Below, piece by piece: positions 27,716 through 38,602 of a stretch of DNA of 64,000 nucleotides. Source of the stretch: Balanoglossus misakiensis (taxonomy: Eukaryota > Animalia > Hemichordata). Position 1 is the first letter of the stretch. The number at the start of each line of letters is the position of its first letter. The notes below the pieces were generated by a model, which had not been told where the DNA came from, searched no databases, and worked only from the letters and a program-made list of their open reading frames with translations. The DNA lies in assembly GCA_040954595.2 (NCBI GenBank), contig CM082577.2, positions 7,527,846 to 7,591,845 of the forward strand. Direction: 5' to 3'. A program made the translations under genes and the position numbers.

Positions 27716-30700
27716 GCCTGATTATTTTCAACCACTGACAACTGATTGAATGAAACTTTAAAGTGAAAATTACAACCAACTTATTAAAGGTAGTAACCTA
27801 TAAAATCCCGATGCGATTTTGTCCTTTAATGAAATTTCGTGTCGACAGCACTAATATTATTGATTGAATGTATGTACGTATTTAGGTACATGTATGTACG
27901 CTCAATCGTTAGTTCAATCGGCCATACACTTTCTTAAAGAACAATTTTGAAGACACAAAGTGTATGCATTTTCACGTGGCCCCATGAACGACTGTAGAAA
28001 ATCCAAATATCCAGTTTGACAATCCGATTATAGATTGCATTTTATCACTGGAGACTAAGACACTGGACGTTGTTGTATCAGATTCTTATCTGTGTATATG
28101 AATGAGTTACCTTAAATTCCATAATGCCATTAACCTTGTTACCCTTCCCGAAATCTGCCGTGATTGAATATGTCATCTGAAATCGATTGTCAAAATCCTA
28201 TAAGCTATCGTGCCGGGATTGCAATATTTACACAAAATCTCGCGATGTAAATGGGACACTTATCGTCCGCGATTTAATGCAAAAACCGGGCAATTTCAAT
28301 ATCGTGGCTTCTTAGAGTACCACGTGCGGATTTGAAGCACCGTGTTTGGATCACTTGAATGATACAAGGGAATGAGCTGCGGGGGCCATCGGGAGAAGAA
28401 AAACAACTAATCACTGTGACAGAAAAACAAAATGGCGCAGGGGTATCAATAGCTTTGGCGGTAATTTACGTCTCACGGAGATAATGAGCGCCCTTCAAGT
28501 TGATGAGCCGACACCTGATATTTTTCGATGAATCACTCGGAGACTATTGAAAGTCAAGGTGATTGCAAAGAATCTACAATTTCGGGCATATTTAGCACGC
28601 GCCTTATTGTAATTACCCCAGTACAGTGACAAACATACATACGTTACACACAATACAAACTTGTATATACATACAAAATGCAATAATGTCGTCAAATGTC
28701 AATAAATTTTGTTGGATTGATATTCGAGCAAACATGATTTACAGTAAGACCTCTCTTTACAGCATTAGCCTATGTTTTATCGTCAATTCTGTGTGAATTA
28801 CACCAACCTGCACGTATGCAGCAATCTACGACATCAGTTGGCTAATATACAACTGTATGAAGTCAATGACAACGTCTGAAGTACGACTTCTCCATGAAAA
28901 GCATACGTTTCATTTCCCATGCATGTGCAATACTATCGTCACGTTTATACTGACCGACAAATTCGTAATTCGAAAAAAAAAACAATAAAGAATTCCGCCA
29001 GTATTGCTTTTGATATATTCTCCAAACATCCCCAATCCTGCCGTCTAATCGAATGGTCGAACCCACGGTCACGTGACATCTGGATGATTCGTTCACCGCA
29101 GTGAAGATAAAAAAAGATAAAAAGCGGCAAATGTTGTCCAATTATAAATGCATTGTAATGACTTTATAAAAATGAGGTTATCGTGACCACTTCGAAAGGG
29201 GTCTTTGTTGTGGCGCACCATTAGAAGTCAGCGGGACACGAACTTGGTTGCCGCCAAACTAATATCCAATAAATATGACAACAGAGCATATCGGCAACCT
29301 CGTGCTAAAAAGTATTTTAAAATGGTTTCCAAGCTCAATGACGTCACCAATGAAATGTACAGGCGCATGCAGTGTGCATTAGAATCAGTCGTACACTTAT
29401 TCATTCACCCTGCACTGTTATGCATGCATGTTTTGCTGCTTATGACCTAGACTACCTTGACGAGTGTTGACCAAAGAAGAATATTCCCGGGACCCAGCTG
29501 TGCACGTTGCCGGCGAGAAGCACCTCATCGAAATTCATTAAACGCATGAGGCGCGTAGGGCCCTCTTACACACATCCCAGAATGTCACGTTTACATAAGA
29601 ATTCAAAATATTCAATAAACCTTGTGGTCGTTTTGCTAAATGCTCCCGTCCCATGACATTTACCAATTTTCTTTTTTCCAAATTGCAAATACAAGAAGTA
29701 CAAGTGAAACTAAATGTAGTGTTTAAGTACATATGCTCCGTTGAAACCCCCAGTGGAATCAGCCGATGAAATCAATTTCTTATAAGTTTGCTGACACCCA
29801 TGAGAGCTCTGCGTTTAACATTTTATAGTTCGTTGATTGCTAATCACTAGCTGTCATTTCCAAACATTTGAAGCGGGTGAAATTCGAGAGCAGCATTTAC
29901 CACTTGCCAGCTCAAACTGTAGTAAAAAAGCTGGTGTCGCTAATTCCTCGTGAGTCTTTGGAAGCCTCAAGAAGAGAAAAATCAACGCAAGAGTTGACCT
30001 TGAGGGGGCGCTATTTAATGAGACTACATATTCCTGACTGAACCCATTGGGTCGGTGTCCTTCGGCGTTACACGTACGGCAGTATAATATACTTCTGTGA
30101 AGCTGAATATATGAAGCTTATATATTCGAACAGCTATAAGACATAAAACCCGAAAAGGGACGAAATTGGGGTTCTCTCACTAATAGTCTGAAAATCGCGA
30201 AAACTATACCACGGCCAATTGCCGCAGTGTTGACAGATGCTATGCCACAGTACGCGCTATCGTGGATGAATGTATCGTTAACTTTAATTTCAGGATGAAA
30301 ACGAATGGAATTGAGGGGTAAAATACGGTAGATGTCCATTTCAATCAGAGACTGTGCGTTTCGGCATCCTCATCAATCTGAACAGGCGCAAATGCGGCCG
30401 ATCATTTTGGAGAAACGCTTTGCGTATTGAATATTTTGTACGCACGCGGTTGTAATTATATATGCCACGGCTTGGTAACAGAAACATATTTACCAACCCC
30501 AGCCAACGGAAATGGAATTATACCGGAGTCTGTCATTCAAAATGTCCGACGTAGAGTACGATTGACTGGTTTTCATTAGTACAGTACACTACCTACTTAA
30601 ACTTTGACAGGATACCAAAGTCGCTGTCACTCTTTTTTTCAGAATAAATGTCACGACCGCAGTTATGACGTTTTGGAGTGTCTATATGAATACGTAACTC

Positions 30701-33700
30701 ATCAGTTGAAATCATACTTTAAGAACAGAGAATCGCCCTCTAAATTGTCATAAAGTCACACACCGCTTTCTGACGCCCGTTACCGTATTGAATTCTGGGG
30801 CAATACATTCCTAACTCATCTCATTGCATCAACATCTCCCGTCCCCAAAAAACCTTGTATCCAAACAAATGTTCAAGTTATTATAATTAATCCTAGCATT
30901 TTCAAGGCCGTTCCCGTTCATTCTTTTGCCAGCCTAATATTCTAATCATCTTTCAACTCGGCAAATATTCCACACGATTATTCGTCCATGACCTTAATAA
31001 TAATACAGGTAGATATCCCGACCAATCAATCAATCTAAAAAAACAAAACTGACTATTTTTCAGGGATCAGTTATTTGATTTCGTATTTAGCACACGACAT
31101 CTTATATTCTGAATTTTCACATATTATTCTTCGATAAACCTTTTAATAATATAGCTGTTATTTTCTGATTGGTAAGTACTGTCTTTTTCACGATTTATCC
31201 TTCTACACTCTCAATTTATTGAAATATTTATGACTTGTGTGCACTGACTGATGTATACTGCAGATTGGTTCTCTCGAACTGTCTTCGGGATCGACCCACA
31301 CACCACCTGTTGTGTTCTAGTTTCAAATACTGTCGTCAATAGTGGCGAAATAAACAAATAAAACAAAAGGTGCGATGGAACCAATGAATTCCTTTCAGGT
31401 TTTATGAAATCCATATACTAGTACCTTTGTTGGTGGTACACTAACTCTGAGTGACAAGCCGGGGCTGACCCGCACCGGTGACCCGGGCCAATACGCGACG
31501 GGAATCCCGGGAATTATCTCACAGATATCGAAAGGGCTTTTCAGGTACCTTGCTATGAAATTAGTGCGAAGAGATGCAGCTATTGGTATTTCATTATTCA
31601 TCTCATTTCAATTGATATAGAGACATGAATATCGCACTCTGTATATACGCTGTGTATATATGATCGTGTTGTGAATGCATAATTTCAATAGCCTTTCCCA
31701 TTACGTCCTTCAAATGCAGATCGGAAAATAGGATGGAATGCATTCTATCTTTTCTAAAAAAAATCGCTGCACGTTATCTCGCGGTTTTAATGTCCCAGAC
31801 TGACGAAAGAAGCTATGAATCTATGGAGTATTTGTTTGCCTTTCAAGAGGGACAGATAATTTCTTTTCAGTTGAAGAATTTCAATTGAAAACGAAAGTAT
31901 AGTGTAATTATTAGAAAATGATGTAATATTACGATTATACTCGATAAATGTACTCGCAAGAAGCCGGAGATGCTCAATTTTACTCTTGAAAGAATGTCTG
32001 CGCTAACAGCAAATTTGTTTCCTAGGAGAAAAAAATCACAAAAATGAAATGAAACTCACAGCTGTGACTGGCTGTAGTGAGAGGCGGTTGCAAAATCGCT
32101 TACCGTAGAGTACATGTCAACCTTCCCGAAAGTCATGTTTAATTGCCAATAACTTGAACTAAACAGTTTTGTTTTTTTAAATTTTGGTTGGCGGTCGAAG
32201 GCGCCTAGAAAGGCATGGCTGTACGTGATCTATATAAGCACATGCGTACCATCACATCACTAATCAATGTGGCATGTCCCCCCAAAATTATTCACAAATT
32301 AATGACCTCGCTATAGGAATACCTTTGTTGGCGATGTAAATGCACAATTGAAATAGTGCATAGTCCTTGTGCATGCAAAATGTGAACAAAGGGTTTGTGT
32401 ATGAATGCATACAAGTAAACATACGGACCTGTGATTTTGTCAGCATGCGTACGTGTATGATAACGGAGGATAAAAGTTGGACTGCAATTATTCCAAAATT
32501 ATACAATGAACGTTGGCCCTGGACAAACCACAAATAACAAAATTCAATCAAATCGAACAGATATTCTGAATAACGATCACAAAAATTCTAGAGGGAGTAT
32601 TTTGATACTGAGAAAATACATGTATCATATTCTCGTTATTAAACCATATATTCTTATTTTCAGTCCCCTGGAACCCTTCTCCTGAATAAATTGGAATCCT
32701 CGACAAACCCCGACGCCATTACCATTTCATCGCAATATATTTTACTTGTTGTAATCTCAGCGACTCAACAGACTCATTTCTTTTATCGCCAGTCTACTGG
32801 ATGGCCATATGACACCGCTATACAAATGTGTACTTTCGGAAAACTCCGCTGCACGTCATCCTAACAATATGCTTACATAGAGACCTCCGCATTATCTTCG
32901 TTATTACACACGCATTCATTCTTTTGGCACTAGTTTCCTCGCCTCTGGAAATATGCTAATTATAAAACGCGCTCATAACACCGCGCGCACTGACAGACTG
33001 AGAACCATATTTTCCCTCCGCCAACATGAATGCTAAATTCTTAATTCATTGTATTTCTTTCTCTATTCTTATTTCGCTTGATCGACTCAAACATGTGTAA
33101 GCAACCGCGTCCACTCCATTAAGAGATTGAAAGAAATGTAAAACCCATTACGTTTAACGTACAAATCGCCGTGGCTTAGAGCCTCCTAATCAAACACCAA
33201 TAAAATACATACCCAACTAATAGTGATCGAGCAGCGCGGCGATCGACAACACGCCAAATAACCATGACGTAAATTGTATGCGGAGTTTTGAGTTAAATTG
33301 ATGGCGCTTATCTTTATTTCATTACGATTTTCACCTTTCTTTTTGCGGGGTGAAAATGTCAATCAGGTGACTTTTTTGTTCCGTCAATAAGGAGGCGGAA
33401 TTACATTGACTTGCGACGGTGATGTAATTTTTATTCGCTGTAAAACTGACGTGATTAAAAACCAGGAAAGCCCAACGCTGTATCACTCGAACGAGCAGCC
33501 TGGTGTCTCTATATAACACATACACAGCGAGTCGCTGTAGCCTACTTACTGAAAATGCCTAAGATCTTTTTTAAATGCAGGATTTCCCAAACGAAGCGAG
33601 AATCCCATTCCTCAAGTCGTCGGTGCATCACTGGTCGATAATCTAAATTGCGGGTCTTTTAACTTGGTGCGTCGGCGATTCAATGCCACGGGCACTATAT

Positions 33701-33889
33701 AGTCCATGGGCCAGGACCCGATTTTTCATGAATTGGTATCAGAAAGATGGACAAAGCCTCATGTGGTTTTTTGGAAAGGCCTATATCTCTAGATTATAAA
33801 TTGGGGTGATAGCCCTGCCTATCGAGTAGCTTTCTGCATTTTTTCCCTCAAAAACTAATGTAAGAACATAAAAATTTCCGACCCAAATT

Positions 33890-34985
33890 TTGGGGGTAGG
33901 GGAACTTTAAATTGCTGTATCTCCAGCAAAACTAAAGCCAGAACAGTCATTTACCACTCAAATTGTGTGTCTTTTAGAACTCTACCAATATAATATATTT
34001 TGGTGGCAATTCGTTTTGAATTGAGGTCAATAGAGGTCAAAAGGTCATGAAATTTGGGTCATTCTGAAAATTTGTAGTATGACTATTTCTTGAACGATAG
34101 TTTTGAACTTAAGTCTTTAAATGTCATTCAGAAGATAAAATACTCTCCCAGAATGTATTTCAAACCAATAGAAAATCTTATTATTCATTTATGACCAGAA
34201 AAACACAAATAAGGAGAAACGACAGAAAGGCATCCAATTTTCCACTCAGATTTAAGGGTAGGGGTAACTTAAGTTCTTGTAACTCCGGCAAAAATAAACC
34301 CAGAACAGTCATCTACCACTCAAATTGTGTGTTTTTTAGAACTCTACCAATATAATATATTTTTGGTGGTAATTCGTTTTGAATTAAGACCAATAGAGGT
34401 CAAAAGGTCATGAAATTTGGGTCATTCTGAACATTTGTAGTATGACTATTTCTTGAACGATTTTTTTGAACTTATAAGTCTTTAAATGTCATTTAGAAGA
34501 TACAATACACTCCCAGAATCTATTTCAAACCAATAAAAAACCCTATTATTCAATTACGATCAGAAAAACACAAATACAGAGATACGGAAGAATGGCACAA
34601 GACTTCAGACCCTGATATTGGGGTAGGGGAAACTTAAGTAGTTGTAACTCCGGCAAAAATAAAGCCAGAAAAGTCATCTACCTCTCAAATTGTGTGTTTT
34701 TAGCACTCTAGCGATTGTTTATGTATTTGTTGCAATTTTGTTCTGAATTTAGGTCAAAGAGGTCAAAAGATCACAAGATTTGGGTAATTTCGAAAAATTA
34801 TGGTACGAACATTTCCCGCATTAATTTTTTAAACCCAAGTCTTCAAATGTCATTTATGAGATAAAATACTCTGCACCATTTTTTTCCCGAACCAATTGAA
34901 GATCTTGTTATTCAATTACAATCAGAAAAAATTAGTAGAGAAACGGGATAATAACAAACAATTTCCCACGGATTTTGGGGTAGGT
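33890..34985 (+). repeat. Three ~360-bp subterminal tandem repeats in the left arm
   Basis: The anchor GGGTAGG recurs with its T at 33897, 34259, 34624 and 34981 (spacings 362, 365, 357 bp). Shared internal motifs include GAGGTCAAAAGGTCA and CTCAAATTGTGTG. Confidence 0.9.
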
Positions 34986-35302
34986 TTGGCCATCTAACAG
35001 GTAAGTATACACCCAACTGATCATGCACATATGGTGTTTAGGAGAACGGATGTGCAGATTTGTGAACCTTTGCATGCTGCTCATGTGCACTGTATTTGTA
35101 TGATGATTCCTAACAATACTACGAGCTGGGGCCATTATAGCATTGTAGCTCTGATTGTGTATTATTGTTGGATACCATTCTACAGTGTACAGGCACAGCA
35201 GATGACAAGCCAAGCAAAGGTTAAAAAATCTGCTTATATTTTTTCCTCAACACAATATGAGCATGATTTATTTATATTCAGGTCCAGTATAATAAATAAA
35301 AA

Positions 35303-35876
35303 ATGGCAAGCCCATCTTCTATTCCACACAAGAGGGCTCGACGGGATTGTTTTCTCGACTGTCATGAATCCGACCATAAAGCAAGCCTCGTTACTCTACA
35401 AGATCACACCTCCTGGATAACTTTGCTGAATACAGCTAACATACAAAAATACAAACCAATTCAGGACCTCGCCATTGGTTTGGGCGAAGGTGAAATTCCT
35501 CAGGTGCAGTACCATCGGAAATGCCGAAGTCTCTTTACGATGAAAAAGGCTCTTGAATCTATCCTTTCTAAAGAGCAGTCGTCATCAACTGAGGGAACCA
35601 ATACACTGGAACGTAAAAAAGAGGTCGAGCATACAAGGGTGTCGGTGTGATCACATTTGCCTATTTTGCTCCACCACCAAGTACATGAAGGGAAGTAGGA
35701 CAAGAGCTCCTTTAGTTCGTTGTCAGCAATTGCGTACGGACAACACATTTAGGGAGGCAGCACCAAGAAAAATGACAGTAAAATTCGTGCACTTCTCAGT
35801 TTTGAGTTGGTTGCTGCTGAGGGTCACTATCTTAGTAAGTGTTATATGGACTATACAAGGCCTGATATTCAAGCAG
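35303..35876 (+). pseudogene. Frameshifted N-terminal transposase fragment (Academ-like), left arm
   Basis: Joining frames gives MASPSS...SWITLLNTANIQKYKPIQDLAIGLGEGEIPQVQYHRKCRSLFTMKK / ICLFCSTTKYMKGSRTRAPLVRCQQLRTDNTFREAA / NDSKIRALLSFELVAAEGHYLSKCY. These are Cys/His motifs interrupted by two frameshifts, and the fragment is truncated at the arm junction. Confidence 0.7.
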
Positions 35877-36787
35877 CGTAAGCAGGATTAGAGCAGATGT
35901 GGTGATGATACTTTCATGTGATTGTTTTTCTGCTGCAAGAAGTTCTTTTCTTACAGCATTGTACTTCAGGTCAACAGTACCTATATCTAGTGATGACGGA
36001 TATACAAGCACCCTACCATTTACATCATTCAAAAAAAATCAATGTCCCTTTGAATTCCGTATTCAGCGTATGCTGCAAGTTTTGTTGGTGGAATTGTTAA
36101 CCTGTTTAACACCAAGTTGGAGCATTTTGGTAACTAACTTGTTTGATAGATCAGTCAGGGGAACTACCTCAGGGTTTGTGAACAAATCATTTCTGATAAA
36201 AGAAAATAACTCTTCTTGAGCAATTTGCAGGACATCCTCATAACTAGTATCTTGATCATGTTGACTTTCATCAACCTCCATATGACTTGAACCTGCTTGA
36301 ATATCAGGCCTTGTATAGTCCCTATAACACTTTCTATGATAGTGACCCTCAGCAGCAACCAACTCACGACTGAGAAGTGCACGAATTTTACTGTCATTTT
36401 TCTTGTTGCTGCCTCCCTAAATGTGTTGTCCGTACGCAATTGCTGACAACGAACTAAAGGAGCTCTTGTCCTACTTCCCTTCATGTACTTGGTGGTGGAG
36501 CAAAATAGGCAAATGTGATCACACCGACACCCTTGTATGCTCGACCTCTTTTTTACGTTCCAGTGTATTGGTTCCCTCAGTTGATGACGACTGCTCTTTA
36601 GAAAGGATAGATTCAAGAGCCTTTTTCATCGTAAAGAGACTTCAGCATTTCCGATGGTACTGCACCTGAGGAATTTCACCTTCGCCCAAACCAATGGCGA
36701 GGTCCTGAATTGGTTTGTATTTTTGTATGTTAGCTGTATTCAGCAAAGTTATCCAGGAGGCGTGATCTTGTAGAGTGACGAGGCCAT
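35877..36787 (-). pseudogene. Frameshifted N-terminal transposase fragment (Academ-like), right arm plus spacer
   Basis: Same peptide on the minus strand with an intact ELVAAEGHYHRKCYRDYTRP. It continues through the spacer as ...EELFSFIRNDLFTNPEVVPLTDLSNKL...NSTNK / NLQHTLNTEFKGTLIFF / NDVNGRVLVYPSSL...IITTSALIL. A 79-bp deletion follows the ATG, and no catalytic domain is present. Confidence 0.7.
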
Positions 36788-37104
36788 TTTTTTATTTATT
36801 ATACTGGACCTGAATATAAATAGATCATGCTCATATTGTGTTGAGGAAAAAAAATAAGCAGATTTTTGAACCTTTGCTTGGCTTGTCATCTGCTGTGCCT
36901 GTACACTGTAGGATGGTATCCAACAATAATACACAATCAGAGCTACAATGCTATAATGGCCCCTTCTCGTAGTATTGTTAGGAATCATCATACAAGTACA
37001 GTGCACATGAGCAGCATGCAAAGGTTCACAAATTTGCACATCCGTTCTCCTAAATACCATATGTGCATGATCAGTTGGGTGTATACTTACCTGTTAGATG
37101 GCAA

Positions 37105-38200
37105 AACCTACCCCAAAATCCGTGGGAAATTGTTTGTTATTATCCCGTTTCTCTACTAATTTTTTTTCTGATTGTAATTGAATAATAAGGTCTTCAATTG
37201 GTCTGAAAAAAAATCGTGTAGAGTATTTTATCTCATAAATGACATTTGAAGACTTGGGTTTAAAAAATTAATGCGGGAAATGTTCGTACCATAATTTTTC
37301 GAAATTACCCAAATCTTGTGATCTTTTGACCTCTTTGACCTAAATTCAAAACAAAATTGCAACAAATACATATACAATCGCTAGAGTGCTAAAAAACACA
37401 CAATTTGAGAGGTAGATGACTTTTCTGGCTTTATTTTTGCCGGAGTTACAACTACTTAAGTTTCCCCTACCCCAATATCAGGGTCTGAAGTCTTGTGCCA
37501 TTCTGCCGTATCTCTGTATTTGTGTTTTTCTGATCGTAATTGAATAATAGGGTTTTTTATTGGTTTGAAATAGATTCTGGGAGAGTATTTTATCTTCTAA
37601 ATGACATTTAAAGACTTATAAGTTCAAAAAAATCGTTCAAGAAATAGTCATACTACAAATGTTCAGAATGACCCAAATTTCATGACCTTTTGACCTCTAT
37701 TGACCTTAATTCAAAACGAATTACCACCAAAATATATTATATTGGTAGAGTTCTAAAAAAACCACAATTTGAGTGGTAGATGACTGTTCTGGGTTTATTT
37801 TTGCCGGAGTTACAAGAACTTAAGTTTCCCCTACCCTTAAATCTGAGTGGAAAATTGGATGTCTTTCTGTCGTTTCTCTTTATTTGTGTTTTTCTGGTCA
37901 TAAATGAATAATAAGGTTTTCTATTGGTTTGAAATAGATTCTGGGAAAGTATTTTATCTTGTAAATGACATTTGAAGACTTAAGTTAAAAAAAATCGTTC
38001 AAGAAATAGTCATACTACAAATTTTCAGAATGACCCAAATTTCATGACCTTTTGACCTCTATTGACCTCAATTCAAAACGAATTGCCACCAAAATATATT
38101 ATATTGGTAGAGTTCTAAAAAACACACAATTTGAGTGGTAAATGACTGTTCTGGCTTTAGTTTTGCTGGAGTTACAGCAATTTAAAGTTCCCCTACCCCC
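37105..38200 (-). repeat. Three ~360-bp subterminal tandem repeats in the right arm (mirror of 33890-34985)
   Basis: Recurrent CCTACCC and TGACCTTTTGACCTC motifs, the reverse complement of the left-arm array. Confidence 0.9.
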
Positions 38201-38556
38201 AAAATTTGGGTCGGAAATTTTTATGTTCTTACATTAGTTTTTGAGGGAAAAAATGCAGAAAGCTACTCGATAGGCAGGGCTATCACCCCAATTTATAATC
38301 TAGAGATATAGGCCTTTCCAAAAAACCATGTGAGGCTTTGTCCATCTTTCTGATACCAAATTCCTGTCTGGCCCATGGACTAATACCATTACAATATGCA
38401 TCTATAGGCAGTCTATGATTACTTATCTGGTAGTTCAGCGTTGGGTTCAATACGTTGCAATGGATCCAGGAATAAGTTACACTTCCAATTCTCTATCAGT
38501 ACAAAAGGGTTTCTCGCCTGCATTTTCATCCGAGGAAGAGTCATTATAATAGCTGT

Positions 38557-38602
38557 TAGTTGTTCTATTACTATCCTAATAGTTGTTCTATTACTATCCT
38601 AA
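38557..38602 (+). repeat. Perfect 23-bp tandem duplication
   Basis: TAGTTGTTCTATTACTATCCTAA occurs twice in tandem. Confidence 0.95.

Larger units (their letters stand above)
33700..38382. mobile_element. Non-autonomous palindromic (foldback-like) DNA transposon, probably Academ superfamily, with 3-bp TSD ATA
   Basis: Termini TAGTCCATGGGCCAG (from 33700) and CTGGCCCATGGACTA (ending 38382). ATA flanks both sides (33697-33699 and 38383-38385). Inverted arms 33700-35876 and 36293-38382 surround a 416-bp spacer. TAG..CTA termini with a 3-bp TSD, plus the encoded YHRxC-type motifs, fit Academ as I recall the family. Confidence 0.9.

Noticed and set aside
31280-31330. B-box-like GGGTCGATCCC on the minus strand (tRNA or SINE)
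   Set aside because: No A box and no cloverleaf structure.
32200-33030. Possible second degraded DINE/HINE-like remnant
   Set aside because: Only scattered phrase-level resemblance, with no definable termini.
33697-33701. Alternative reading as a Tc1/mariner element with a TA TSD and GTCC termini
   Set aside because: Formally possible. However, the additional ATA direct repeat outside TAG...CTA and the non-mariner peptide motifs favour a 3-bp TSD.
33890-34985. Repeat array as a CRISPR or independent satellite
   Set aside because: The units are ~360 bp with no repeat-spacer structure, they are mirrored inside a transposon, and the context is eukaryotic.
33700-38382. The palindrome as a fold-back read or assembly artefact
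   Set aside because: The arms differ by many substitutions and a 79-bp indel, the flanks are unrelated unique sequence, and there is a clean TSD at both ends.
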